A stretch of DNA of 64,000 nucleotides from a virus. Shown here one piece after another: positions 42,370-52,514 of the stretch. The stretch is taken from positions 32,001 through 96,000 of the IMG/VR virus record IMGVR_UViG_3300032223_001943; one strand, 5' to 3'. The position numbers and the translations under genes are program-made. Each line of letters starts with the position of its first letter. The first letter of the stretch is position 1. The notes under the pieces were generated by a model. The model was given only the letters and a program-made list of their open reading frames with translations, was not told the DNA's origin and did not search any database.

Positions 42370-42690
42370 CTTCCAAATATTTTTTTAACATTGACAACAA
42401 AAGGCATATCTTCACCCCCATGTTCCAGTTTATACGCTTCATTTTTCTCAATGATGGTATGTACAATATTTCCAATAAACGCACCATTAGCAGCAACACC
42501 TGAACCAATAATCCCATACATTTCAACACCATCATTATACCACCCCCAAACTTGGGTCCAGAATACAATAAAGAAGAATGATGTTATGATCCAATATACC
42601 AGGTTAACCATTTTGTTATTCATAATTTCTTTTATATATAAATATCTGGAAATAAAAAAACCCCACCTTTTGAGTGGAGTTTAATATGTT

Positions 42691-43164
42691 TTATTCTTCG
42701 TCCCAAGATTCATCCAACCAGGATAGATCGGCGTCATCCAAATAATCATCAAACATGTTATTGATGTATTTACCAGTGGTGATCGAATCATCACGATCAA
42801 CGGTGTTCATATTTGGTTTAACCCCTTTTGGTATTTTCTTGAATTCTTTTTCTAAGAAGTCTTTATCACCTCTAAAATCCTTCATTTCTGGTGAATCAAA
42901 ACCTTCCTCAACTTCGATTTCGTAAATCACCTCATCCTCTTCTTCAAAACCTTCTTCATTATCTGAAGCTAGAATATCGTCCAATACTTTTTCAAGTTCC
43001 TCATCGTTCATTTTTGAAAAATTCATCTTCCCAAATTTTGGGTGACCATCTTCCATTCCACCAAGTTCGTTAATATCTTGTTGTTCAGATATAACTTTTC
43101 CTGGTTCATATCCAAACATAAAACGCATTCTTTGGATATCTTCCGTAATTAATTTCTTATCCAT
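42691..43164 (-). CDS. Acidic protein with LITEDIQRM leader
   Basis: Leader motif; TATTTAT upstream. Confidence 0.6.
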   Translation of the reverse strand: MDKKLITEDIQRMRFMFGYEPGKVISEQQDINELGGMEDGHPKFGKMNFSKMNDEELEKVLDDILASDNEEGFEEEDEVIYEIEVEEGFDSPEMKDFRGDKDFLEKEFKKIPKGVKPNMNTVDRDDSITTGKYINNMFDDYLDDADLSWLDESWDEE

Positions 43165-43187
43165 ATCAATTTTTATTTATAAATATA

Positions 43188-43580
43188 TCAAACTTTGGTT
43201 AATGTTGCTGAATAATCACCGGACATACCCCCAACTTCACCAGTTCCGGCGAAATAAATTGTATTATCATTCTTTTTCGCTGAACTAATAATCTTATTTA
43301 TCTGGTTATTATCCAACTTAAACATCTTTTTTGTGTTATCTATAACCCAAACTTCATTCCCCTTCTTCCAGATATTCTTAACCGCGATCGGCCCGTCATA
43401 TAATGTCAAACCCAACTTTTTAACTTTAACCTTAACCGAATACGTTGTTTTATTTCCGTTGTATTCCAAGGATAATTTACCCCCACTTGTTGGATTTTCG
43501 GGTGAAATCTTAACGTCATTAATAACCAATGATTCATTGAGAAATAATTTATATTGATCCTCAGTTATTATTAACTTCAT
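43188..43580 (-). CDS. Hypothetical protein with IITEDQ leader
   Basis: Leader motif. Confidence 0.6.
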   Translation of the reverse strand: MKLIITEDQYKLFLNESLVINDVKISPENPTSGGKLSLEYNGNKTTYSVKVKVKKLGLTLYDGPIAVKNIWKKGNEVWVIDNTKKMFKLDNNQINKIISSAKKNDNTIYFAGTGEVGGMSGDYSATLTKV

Positions 43581-43783
43581 TTCTTTTTATATTTAACCAG
43601 GTTATCTTTATTGGATTTTTTATCGAATTCATCCTTTTCAATGAACTTCCATAACTTATCACCAACTTTTTTCTTATAATAAACATCGGATCCACCAATA
43701 TCCCTAACTTGATATTGATATTTATTGGTTTTCACCTTTTCAACCAAAAACATTAATTGATTTTCGTTTATTATAACCTTCAT
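43577..43783 (-). CDS. Small protein with IINENQ leader
   Basis: Leader motif; TATTTAT upstream. Confidence 0.6.
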   Translation of the reverse strand: MKVIINENQLMFLVEKVKTNKYQYQVRDIGGSDVYYKKKVGDKLWKFIEKDEFDKKSNKDNLVKYKKK

Positions 43784-43796
43784 TAATATATAAATA

Positions 43797-44636
43797 TTAA
43801 AAATTATAATATTTTGTTAAATCCATTCCATAATTCACGATATTTTGAAACCTTAACTCGGATTCGTTATTATTATGAATTTCGGAATACATTCTTCCCT
43901 CCATACATAAAGGTGGATAAACAACGGATTGTGAAAATAAGGTGGGAAATACGGCATCTGGTGTTAAATAAATGACCTTATTTTGATAATAACCATATTT
44001 GTTATAATATTCATTAGCCGAAGTTAATACATCGTCACCATTATCCTTATATAATGTATCAATGATCATATCACACGTTTTTCTTGGGAAAATCTGACAC
44101 TGTGTCCCCCAGATTGTAAAACCACAATTGGCGAAATCATAATATAACCCATTTTCATTCCTAACCAATTGGAATTTTTCATCGTCCAGATAGGGTGTTT
44201 TGAAGGTGTTAGATGTTATCGTTGGAAGATATCCGATGGATAGATAATCAATACCATTCATCTTAACATTTTCATATTGTTTGATATAAAACTCCAGTTT
44301 TTCAACAAAACCTTCTTTTAATAAACAAACATCGTCCTCAATAACACAAACATAATCATGTTTATGATTATCCATAAAGTCTTTTAATACACCGACGTGG
44401 GATCTAAAACAACATTGAAGTCTATCACTCGCGTATTTTTCGGTTTTTGATAACCAATCTTGTGAATTATCTGGGGTAAAAGCGTCAAAATAGACTATTT
44501 CATAAGGTATATCCAATGAAGTGAATTGTTCCTTCATAAAGTCTTTTCTAACTTCATTACAACAGATTACGTAAAAAATTATATTCATGATTAAATTATA
44601 GTAATATATATTGATAATTGGAAATTTTACCTTCAA
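43797..44636 (-). CDS. Glycosyltransferase, family 25-like
   Basis: R...M-x-x-QF, CFRSH, VIEDDV motifs. Confidence 0.7.
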   Translation of the reverse strand: MKVKFPIINIYYYNLIMNIIFYVICCNEVRKDFMKEQFTSLDIPYEIVYFDAFTPDNSQDWLSKTEKYASDRLQCCFRSHVGVLKDFMDNHKHDYVCVIEDDVCLLKEGFVEKLEFYIKQYENVKMNGIDYLSIGYLPTITSNTFKTPYLDDEKFQLVRNENGLYYDFANCGFTIWGTQCQIFPRKTCDMIIDTLYKDNGDDVLTSANEYYNKYGYYQNKVIYLTPDAVFPTLFSQSVVYPPLCMEGRMYSEIHNNNESELRFQNIVNYGMDLTKYYNF

Positions 44637-45124
44637 CCAAATTTATCATAGTGTCATTTTAATTTCACTTAAGATGAAATAATGTATTTAATTTCACTTA
44701 AAATGAAATATTACCAGATAAATATGAATCGGTTTGATTTAATAATGTTCATAATATCTGAAATAATAATTTACCTTACCCATTGAAACTGTGTCGGCAA
44801 CTTCCGCCAAAATATAAAACCTAATTTTACGAATATCATTCTCAATCATTTCTTTTAGCACCTCACGATATAATTTAATTGACTCAAACGCACCATTAAG
44901 ATACGATTCACCCATTTGTGTTGTTTTTATTTCATGTTGATAAGGTAGTGAATATCTATCTGTCTTAACAATCGCGTGAACACCAATCTTATTGAAAACC
45001 TCAATCATATCCTTTTCAATTTTCTTTTCCAGGTCGATCATGCTTTCAATATATTGTTCTGGTGTTGGTTCGTTTAAGAAGAATAATAATCGATTCTCCA
45101 TTGAAGGTATAATTCTATCCATCG

Positions 45125-45361
45125 TTATTGAATGTTTTCTTGATAAGTTGTTTTACCGGATTGTTGGGTGGTTATTGTCTCACCTTTATTTGTGTAATAA
45201 TGGCATCGCCCATTATCATAAAAACGATACATTTTGATTCCATCTTTTTCAAAAAGTAAATCAACTTTTATATCAAGACCTTCCCTTGAAGATGATACCG
45301 GATCATGTTTACAGCTGGTTATTGTTAACCCCAGGATTAAAATTAATAATAGTTTTTTCAT
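45125..45361 (-). CDS. Small lipoprotein (DUF4884-like)
   Basis: Lipobox ITSC; LLFEKDGIKMYRFYD. Confidence 0.6.
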   Translation of the reverse strand: MKKLLLILILGLTITSCKHDPVSSSREGLDIKVDLLFEKDGIKMYRFYDNGRCHYYTNKGETITTQQSGKTTYQENIQ

Positions 45362-45465
45362 TATTGTTTTATTTCTACAAAAATAATAAACATCTTTAAT
45401 AAAAACAACTATTAGATAAAAACCTAATAATTGATTAACTCGACTTTTTTAATTAAACTTATTTT

Positions 45466-46053
45466 ATGGTAAATAATTTTGAACATATTAGATCCTTATT
45501 AGAGTTTGAATCTTCGGATGATTTTTATTTCATTCAGATTATCAAACGAAGAAAAGATAACCCCGGTTTATCTAGGGACATGAAGTTAATTGACAATTAT
45601 TTCATTTATTCATTGGAAGAATACGATAAGGTTGAATTAAAAATTGTTGAACAATGTATGTTGAATAACTCAAGGGCTTATATTAGGTTGAATAGACGTA
45701 GTGCCAAGATTTGTTCCGTTCAAACTATTAGAAAAATCACCGAATTAATGTTAAATAACGACCATAAATCGGTAAAAAACGCTTATTTATCCGTTGCTGG
45801 TGAATTCCATAATGAAAAACCAAAAAGGTGGGTTGTTGATATTGATGAAGAAGATTTATTAAATAAGGAAGATATTGAAAAAACAATTGAAGATTTACAT
45901 AAAGATAGTCCTGGATATAGTTATATTGCGACAATAAAAACAAAAAATGGTTATCATTTAATTGTGAATCCATTTAATTTAAAAATATTCAAGGGAAAAT
46001 TTCCAACAGTTGAAATTAAAAAGGATAATCCGACCTTATTATTTTGTCCGTAA
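45466..46053 (+). CDS. Putative AEP/primase-polymerase-fold protein
   Basis: VVDID and TKNGYHL motifs. Confidence 0.5.
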   Translation: MVNNFEHIRSLLEFESSDDFYFIQIIKRRKDNPGLSRDMKLIDNYFIYSLEEYDKVELKIVEQCMLNNSRAYIRLNRRSAKICSVQTIRKITELMLNNDHKSVKNAYLSVAGEFHNEKPKRWVVDIDEEDLLNKEDIEKTIEDLHKDSPGYSYIATIKTKNGYHLIVNPFNLKIFKGKFPTVEIKKDNPTLLFCP

Positions 46054-46473
46054 TCACCACTCCGTCATATCCAGACAAGACACACCTTGACCCGTGTGAT
46101 TATATTCTTTTTCAAGGAAATTTAACAATATTGGATCAATTTCGGGCCAATCAAAATCCATAACTTCAGTGAAAAAATTGAAAATTGTATTACAATCAAA
46201 AAAAACACTACCTACCCCCTTCTTTTTAAAGGTTTTATCGTAATATATTACTTTTTTACCATCTTCATCAATATAATGACAGTCATCACCTTCAACATCT
46301 AACCTTAAATTTTTAAATGGATTCAAAAACGACTCTGAATTATCAGTATAAGCTTCTTTAATAATATTATCACCAAATATTTCTCTAGATTGAATCAGAC
46401 CAAGTTTTTCAACCGCTAATCTAATTTTACGATTCAGTTGTTCGTTTTGTTGTTCCGTTATAATGATTTTCAT
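46054..46473 (-). CDS. Paralog-family protein carrying an IITEQQ leader
   Basis: Leader plus KLGL...IFG...FF...MDF core. Confidence 0.65.
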   Translation of the reverse strand: MKIIITEQQNEQLNRKIRLAVEKLGLIQSREIFGDNIIKEAYTDNSESFLNPFKNLRLDVEGDDCHYIDEDGKKVIYYDKTFKKKGVGSVFFDCNTIFNFFTEVMDFDWPEIDPILLNFLEKEYNHTGQGVSCLDMTEW

Positions 46474-46501
46474 ATTAATAAATATTACATTATTTATAAT
46501 A

Positions 46502-46888
46502 TTAAACCGATATAGGTGTGGGTTCTAATCCGACAATACCATATTCATTTTTCAACCAATCTTTTATAATTTTATCAATCACCACCTTATCAAAATCCAT
46601 CACAAAAGAAAAAAATATCCAAATTTTACTTCCATTAATATAAACATTACCCCTCTTTTCCAATAAATGTTTTGAATAATACATAACTATTGTTTCCCCG
46701 TCTTTATCTTTAAGATGAATATATTGGTCATTATCAATTTTAGTTAATTTATTATATTGTGATAAAAATGACAATGGATTATCATTAAACGATTGGTTTA
46801 TTAAACTATTACCGAATAGATCAATCGACGATTTCAAACCAAGTTTAAAAACTGTCGATTTAATCTTATCCTTTAATTTATCATTCAT
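46502..46888 (-). CDS. Paralog-family hypothetical protein
   Basis: KLGLKSSIDLFG...KIWIFF...DWLKNEY. Confidence 0.65.
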   Translation of the reverse strand: MNDKLKDKIKSTVFKLGLKSSIDLFGNSLINQSFNDNPLSFLSQYNKLTKIDNDQYIHLKDKDGETIVMYYSKHLLEKRGNVYINGSKIWIFFSFVMDFDKVVIDKIIKDWLKNEYGIVGLEPTPISV

Positions 46889-47424
46889 AATACATCGAAA
46901 TTCTTGGTGATATAGTCTTTATCTGAAATGACGATATCTTCATCATCAAAACCAATTAAATCATATAATTTCTTGTCTAATCCGTTTACTTCCTTCCAGT
47001 AAATTGAACCTTCATTTTCCGGTGAATAATCGTTATCGACAAGATATTGAACTACCGTATTAGCGTCGGTTGTGATAAACCCGTGGGCATAACCCCTAGG
47101 TACCAACAACTCCGAACCTGGACTCATTTCAAATAAGGATAGTTTCAAAAACTCTGGTGAAGTTGGTCTAATATCCAAAACAAAATCAATGATTGACCCT
47201 GAAATAACCTTAACCAGTTTTGCTTGTTCCTTATCGTTAATTTGGAAATGTAAACCTCTCAACGTATATAATAACGGATTTACACTAATATTACTTTGAA
47301 TCCAATTTTTATCTTTTGATCCGACGTTATTTTTTAATGATAACGGGGCAAATGTTCCTCTATGATCCTTAAAGACCGAGTTATAAGTTAAATGTGCGAT
47401 TTCCATATGTATTTTTTTTAACAA
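46885..47424 (-). CDS. rmlC: dTDP-4-dehydrorhamnose 3,5-epimerase
   Basis: DHRG, LRGLHFQ, QAKLV, DIRP-x-SP, GYAHGF, ISDKD; start probably MEIAH (47406). Confidence 0.9.
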   Translation of the reverse strand: MLKKIHMEIAHLTYNSVFKDHRGTFAPLSLKNNVGSKDKNWIQSNISVNPLLYTLRGLHFQINDKEQAKLVKVISGSIIDFVLDIRPTSPEFLKLSLFEMSPGSELLVPRGYAHGFITTDANTVVQYLVDNDYSPENEGSIYWKEVNGLDKKLYDLIGFDDEDIVISDKDYITKNFDVL

Positions 47425-47439
47425 ATATAATAAATAATA

Positions 47440-48285
47440 TTAAACCAATTCATTTTTGATTCTGGTTTTTAACATTTCAATACAAGTTGCATTAATATCA
47501 AAAACAATTGATTTTCTTTTTAAGTCTTCACTAGCTATTGCGGTTGTCCCACTACCAGAAAAATAATCAACGACCAGATCACCAACATTGCTGCTGGCAA
47601 CAATACATTTTTTAACCAAATCTTTTGGTTTTTGGGTATTATGTTTGGTCAATACATTATCCGGTGATTTCTTAGTTTTAGCATAACTTCTAACCTCCAA
47701 CATACTCCAATAAGGGACACAAAATTCATCCCATAAATTCCCAGGATAAGTTAATCTAACCTTCTCCCCTTGTTCATTCACCCACCAATCTTTTGGTGTT
47801 CCATCTTCATTCCTATATGGTGCTATCACCTTCTTCTCAACCATGACTTCATCAATGTTGAATGTATAATTTTTGGAATGTTTGGTGGCAAAGTAGATAT
47901 CTTCATGGATTGATTTCCAGTTATTCTTTGCACCACGACCTTTATCCCGTTTCCAGGTGATTCTATTTTGAATATAAAAACCAACTTCTTCCAACACATC
48001 TTGAATAATATTGGAGTTTTGCCAACTAATACAAACATATATTGACCCGGTATCCTTTAATTGTCTATATGATAAACTTAAAACATCCTTAATCCAACTT
48101 CTAAATTCATCTTTTGATGACCATTGTTTGTCCCAATCTTGACGATCACCCTCAATTAGGTCAATATTTTGTTTTTTTCCACCTGAAATGTAATATGGGG
48201 GGTCCAAAAAGAATAAATCAACGGAATTATCTTCAATGTATTTAACCGAATTCTCAAAACTTTCGTTGAAATATCTTATATCCAT
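47440..48285 (-). CDS. N4/N6 DNA methyltransferase (beta class)
   Basis: DPPY, HNTQKP, DYFSGSGTT. Confidence 0.92.
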   Translation of the reverse strand: MDIRYFNESFENSVKYIEDNSVDLFFLDPPYYISGGKKQNIDLIEGDRQDWDKQWSSKDEFRSWIKDVLSLSYRQLKDTGSIYVCISWQNSNIIQDVLEEVGFYIQNRITWKRDKGRGAKNNWKSIHEDIYFATKHSKNYTFNIDEVMVEKKVIAPYRNEDGTPKDWWVNEQGEKVRLTYPGNLWDEFCVPYWSMLEVRSYAKTKKSPDNVLTKHNTQKPKDLVKKCIVASSNVGDLVVDYFSGSGTTAIASEDLKRKSIVFDINATCIEMLKTRIKNELV

Positions 48286-48863
48286 AACTTTTTTTCTTTT
48301 TCAATCTTCTTTATTCTTGAATCGTGATATAAATTAACCACTTTTTTAAGTTTTTCAAACCAGGTTAACTTGGTATCATCGTTGAAAATTAATTCATTAT
48401 TCATATTTTTTATCTGAAGTTGACCTCTACCTAGTGAGCCGATTCTTAATATTGAAAAATCCAAATTCCAGATATATTTAACCTCAATATTGTTAATTAT
48501 AACCAAATTTTCTTGGATTTTGTAGGAAATGAATACATATATTAAACTTTTATTTTCATCCAATAGGATTTCTCGTAGTTTTTCAATGGATGTCAGATTC
48601 GGCATGGAAAAATCCAAATCAAGGTTGTGTGTTTTAATATCCACATAATGATGAACGCCATTTTCAATTAATGATATATCTTCAACGGATTTTTTACTTC
48701 TGGCTTCAACATATTCATTAATTAAATTATCATCCTTTAACGATTTCAATATTTCAATCGCCTTAAATTCCAATAAATCACCAATGGTTCGTTGTCCCGA
48801 TCCATCCTGAATGGTGAAGTCGGTTAACTGTTCTTGAATCTTATTTTTTATGGTTGTTATCAT
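48276..48863 (-). CDS. Putative type II restriction endonuclease (PD-(D/E)xK)
   Basis: E...EDI...VDIKT motif; overlaps the MTase start. Confidence 0.55.
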   Translation of the reverse strand: MITTIKNKIQEQLTDFTIQDGSGQRTIGDLLEFKAIEILKSLKDDNLINEYVEARSKKSVEDISLIENGVHHYVDIKTHNLDLDFSMPNLTSIEKLREILLDENKSLIYVFISYKIQENLVIINNIEVKYIWNLDFSILRIGSLGRGQLQIKNMNNELIFNDDTKLTWFEKLKKVVNLYHDSRIKKIEKEKKLWI

Positions 48864-48948
48864 ACATCAATAATAAGAAAAATAAATTAAAAAAGGAAAT
48901 CCCCAGTTTGAAAATTAATAGTAATATATGGAAATATTACATTCATTT

Positions 48949-50283
48949 TCATTTATCAAACGTTACTTTGATTGGGCAAACTGGAATACCCTCTATCCCA
49001 TCAACAAATGCATTTGGGACTACTTTTCGTATGATGTTAAACGAACCGTTAACATCGGCGTTAATGGTTGTTTTTTCACCTTTTATTTTATATAAACCTC
49101 TATGTTGTCTATAACCGGAAAAGTTATAAAGATTTTCATCATTTTCACCACCATATATCGGTATTTCATCCATATTCATGAAGCTAGCTTTACTAGTATA
49201 CGATTCTTCCGTTAAAATAACAATTAATCCATTAAGTTTGGCTTTGTATAATATTTGGTCAATTAATTTTGAAAATGGTATTGATACGAATGATTGATTG
49301 TTCTTTTTACCATTATTAACTCCTTGTTTCCAAAATTTATTTTTACCAACACATATTGTTTTAATTTCATTATTTAAACAAAAATCAATTAAATAATTTG
49401 ATGTTTGATGAAAATATTTCTCTATTTTACCATTGCGTTTATTAGTTAATTGATTAATTTTTTTTGAATGTTTAACTTGTTTTGAACCTTCTTTACCATA
49501 GTTAAGTTTATATTCATCTAATTCTACTTTAGATTTATTTGGCAATTCCGACATTAATTTAGATTTGGTTTTATTATAAAATTGGTTAATTGATTTAATT
49601 GGTCTACCGTTAATAAGTACAGGTCTTACCCCCTTTTTATTTGATGTTATAGTTATTAAATTATTAACACCCAAATCCACACCAACGTATGAATTATCTG
49701 GAAAATCTACTTCATAATTTTCTTGTTTTTCATATACAATTTCTATTTTATATTCGATTTTATTAATCGGAACTATTCGTACCTGATTCAATTTATTTGT
49801 ATTATTTATAAATGGTATTATTAAATTTGTTTTTGACAATTTAACTTGTTTATGCTTTTTAAGATAAGGTTTAGATATTGCACCCAATTCATACTCCAAC
49901 ATAACCCTACCATTTAATTTATTTTTATAATTAGGTAAACTAGGTTTACCGGTATATTTGTGAGGATTTTTCTTCCAATCTTTTATTGACTTAAAAAATG
50001 ATTTCCAATTCTTATCTAATTTCATTAAAACTAAACTAGACACTTTAGCTGGTAATGACTTATAATTTTCATCCGACTTTAGAATTTTTTTTAAGTCATA
50101 ATAACCGAAATATATTGCATGGTCACACTTCCCTTCTTCTTTTAATTTAGAAGTCTCAATGAATGTTTGTCTAACAATAAAATTAGCTCTATTATATAAA
50201 TTTTTACCCAAAAAACATAGATTATCTATTTCCTTAAAAAAAGGATTATTATTGTCAATAATATGTTTTTCGATTAAAATCAT
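48949..50283 (-). CDS. tnpB: TnpB RNA-guided nuclease
   Basis: GVDLGVNN, EESYTSK and INADVNGSFNI RuvC motifs. Confidence 0.9.
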   Translation of the reverse strand: MILIEKHIIDNNNPFFKEIDNLCFLGKNLYNRANFIVRQTFIETSKLKEEGKCDHAIYFGYYDLKKILKSDENYKSLPAKVSSLVLMKLDKNWKSFFKSIKDWKKNPHKYTGKPSLPNYKNKLNGRVMLEYELGAISKPYLKKHKQVKLSKTNLIIPFINNTNKLNQVRIVPINKIEYKIEIVYEKQENYEVDFPDNSYVGVDLGVNNLITITSNKKGVRPVLINGRPIKSINQFYNKTKSKLMSELPNKSKVELDEYKLNYGKEGSKQVKHSKKINQLTNKRNGKIEKYFHQTSNYLIDFCLNNEIKTICVGKNKFWKQGVNNGKKNNQSFVSIPFSKLIDQILYKAKLNGLIVILTEESYTSKASFMNMDEIPIYGGENDENLYNFSGYRQHRGLYKIKGEKTTINADVNGSFNIIRKVVPNAFVDGIEGIPVCPIKVTFDK

Positions 50284-50290
50284 TATTTTT

Positions 50291-50842
50291 CTAAAAACTC
50301 AATAATATCTTGTTTGTTTTTCTTAAACCATACATCCTAGCCGAAAATGAATAAATTATAGAAACTAAATCCTGAATTAAATCCGTCTTATCATCATCTG
50401 TTCGATTAACAACTATTATTTCTTTATCGTTATTATTCAATAAAGTTTCAATATAATTAAATCCGAATCTAGTTAAACGATCTTTATTTTCGACCAAAAG
50501 AATATCATAATTGTTTTGTTTAAGTATTTTGGTTAATTTTTTTCTATTATCATTCAAACCTGAACCAATTTCTTTTATATTATCAATAATTGTATAACCA
50601 TTATTAATCGCGTAATTGGTTAATCTTTCAGATTGTCTTTCTAAATTATCCTTCATAGATGATGTAGAAACTCTAGAATAAATTATTACGTTATTCTTCT
50701 TTTCAAGTTTATTAATTGGTATTAATACATGATTAGTTTCGTCAATGAATGCACCCTTAATCTTACCCTTCTTAAAACGATTCCAAGCGGTTCGATAAGT
50801 GACGTTAAATTTTTTGGCATAATCCGATAATTTATAATACAT
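50291..50842 (-). CDS. tnpA: IS607 serine transposase (MerR-type HTH plus resolvase)
   Basis: YSRVST, EIGSGLN, DRLTRFG, FSARMYG. Confidence 0.92.
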   Translation of the reverse strand: MYYKLSDYAKKFNVTYRTAWNRFKKGKIKGAFIDETNHVLIPINKLEKKNNVIIYSRVSTSSMKDNLERQSERLTNYAINNGYTIIDNIKEIGSGLNDNRKKLTKILKQNNYDILLVENKDRLTRFGFNYIETLLNNNDKEIIVVNRTDDDKTDLIQDLVSIIYSFSARMYGLRKTNKILLSF

Positions 50843-51622
50843 AAACTTGTTTTCATATAAATATACTGTAAGTGTATAAAAAGTATAGAAAATATAAAAT
50901 ATTTTTACAATATTTTTCTATTATTTATTAACACTAGTTATACCACCCTTAATAAAAAAAGTGGGGATCGGACCAATAATACTATTATTGGTGGGGTTAA
51001 ATGTATTTTCGAATTAACTTAAAGATTTCATTAATATCACTAAATTCTATTTCACCATCTGGACGTACCGGAATAAACGCCAATGTAAATCCGTGATTTC
51101 CGGAGAAGGTTTCAACAACTCGTTTGTTATTGATATAATCAATATAAATCCAGGGGTAGTTTGATGATAAAACAACATCAATACCAACCTTTTTCATCCG
51201 TTCAATAAATATTGTTATTTTATTTTCCATTTTTCAAATCTTCGTTTAATTATTTCTTCTAACTTATCGGTGATTTCTTTTTCTGTCTCGTCATCGAGGT
51301 TAAACCACCAATCATCGAATCCACCTCTATCACATAATGTATCAATGATTTCACCAACACATTTTTTAATCTCACTTTTATTCATCATTCCACCATTTTG
51401 AATGTTGTTGATTTAACACTATTTTTATATTTTTGAGATTCTAAATCTTTATCTATCTCAATTGCTGACAATGCACCTTCTTCAGTTAGATATAAAATAT
51501 TATTAATGTTTTCCCAAACAATTCTTGGTCTTTTAATCCAGCCACCATTAATTTCCATTTTCATAACTTGAGCAACATATCGTTTCTCACCGTTATTTAA
51601 TTCATCAATTCTAATTCTATAT

Positions 51623-51997
51623 CTACTCATCATTAAAATGTTTCTCAAAATAAAATATAACTTTATTTTCTGTTACATTCAATAGACCATAATCTTTTGC
51701 TAATCTAAAGTTAGGTGTGTCACGTTCCAATCTGTTTATGGAATTTTGAACCACTTCTCTAAACATTTCTAAAGAAAAGGTTGATTTCCATTTATTACAT
51801 CTAACACAAGATGGATTTAAATTATCCATATCGTCAGTTCCTCGTTCAACACCCCAAACAACAAGTGTTTCATCTTTATCATTACGATATAATGGTTTTA
51901 CGTGGTCCACTTGCATTTCCTTTATGGTAATATTTTTACCACAATAAGCACAGTGTCCCGAACATTTATTGTAAACATCAACCCGATTAATTTTCAT
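51623..51997 (-). CDS. HNH endonuclease
   Basis: CAYCG...VDH...NL...CVRCN. Confidence 0.85.
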   Translation of the reverse strand: MKINRVDVYNKCSGHCAYCGKNITIKEMQVDHVKPLYRNDKDETLVVWGVERGTDDMDNLNPSCVRCNKWKSTFSLEMFREVVQNSINRLERDTPNFRLAKDYGLLNVTENKVIFYFEKHFNDE

Positions 51998-52514
51998 TTT
52001 ATATAAGTTTCATCTTTTAATGTACATAAATTACCACCTGTTCTTGGTAGTTCGGTTCTACTCCACCAAAATATTTTTTATATAAGTCCTTAAATAGATT
52101 CATGTTGTGATATATTTTTATTAGTTAATTCTTCCAGGTGGGGTTGGTTTTCCAATTTTTCTATTACGATGTTAATTGCGTCATGATGTTTTATCTCGTT
52201 TGAAAATTCAATACCGACAAGACCTATTACTTCATTATTAATGTAATGTCTGAATTTACCTTGTTGTTTATTCACTTCCCAGTCCATCGATACATCATTC
52301 GCGTGATCTAATACCGCTTTATACCCTCCATCATTTTCATACCACAAACGAATGATATTATTATGACTAAATTGTTTAATAAATTCCCCTAATTTCATAA
52401 AATTTCTTTTCTTCAAACATAAACAAAAAATTTTATAAAAAAAAACGATACAAAAAAGATATTAAAAATATTCATTTATATAGAAAAACTGTGATTTGGA
52501 ATAATATCGGATAA

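Larger units (their letters stand above)
48903..50942 (-). mobile_element. IS607-family element
   Basis: tnpA plus tnpB; TGG at both junctions; removal restores an 8-bp hairpin ATCCCCAC/GTGGGGAT. Confidence 0.85.

Noticed and set aside
48949-50283. TnpB as a Cas12 effector or part of an IStron
   Set aside because: Directly coupled to IS607 tnpA; no CRISPR array and no group I core at the element's left end
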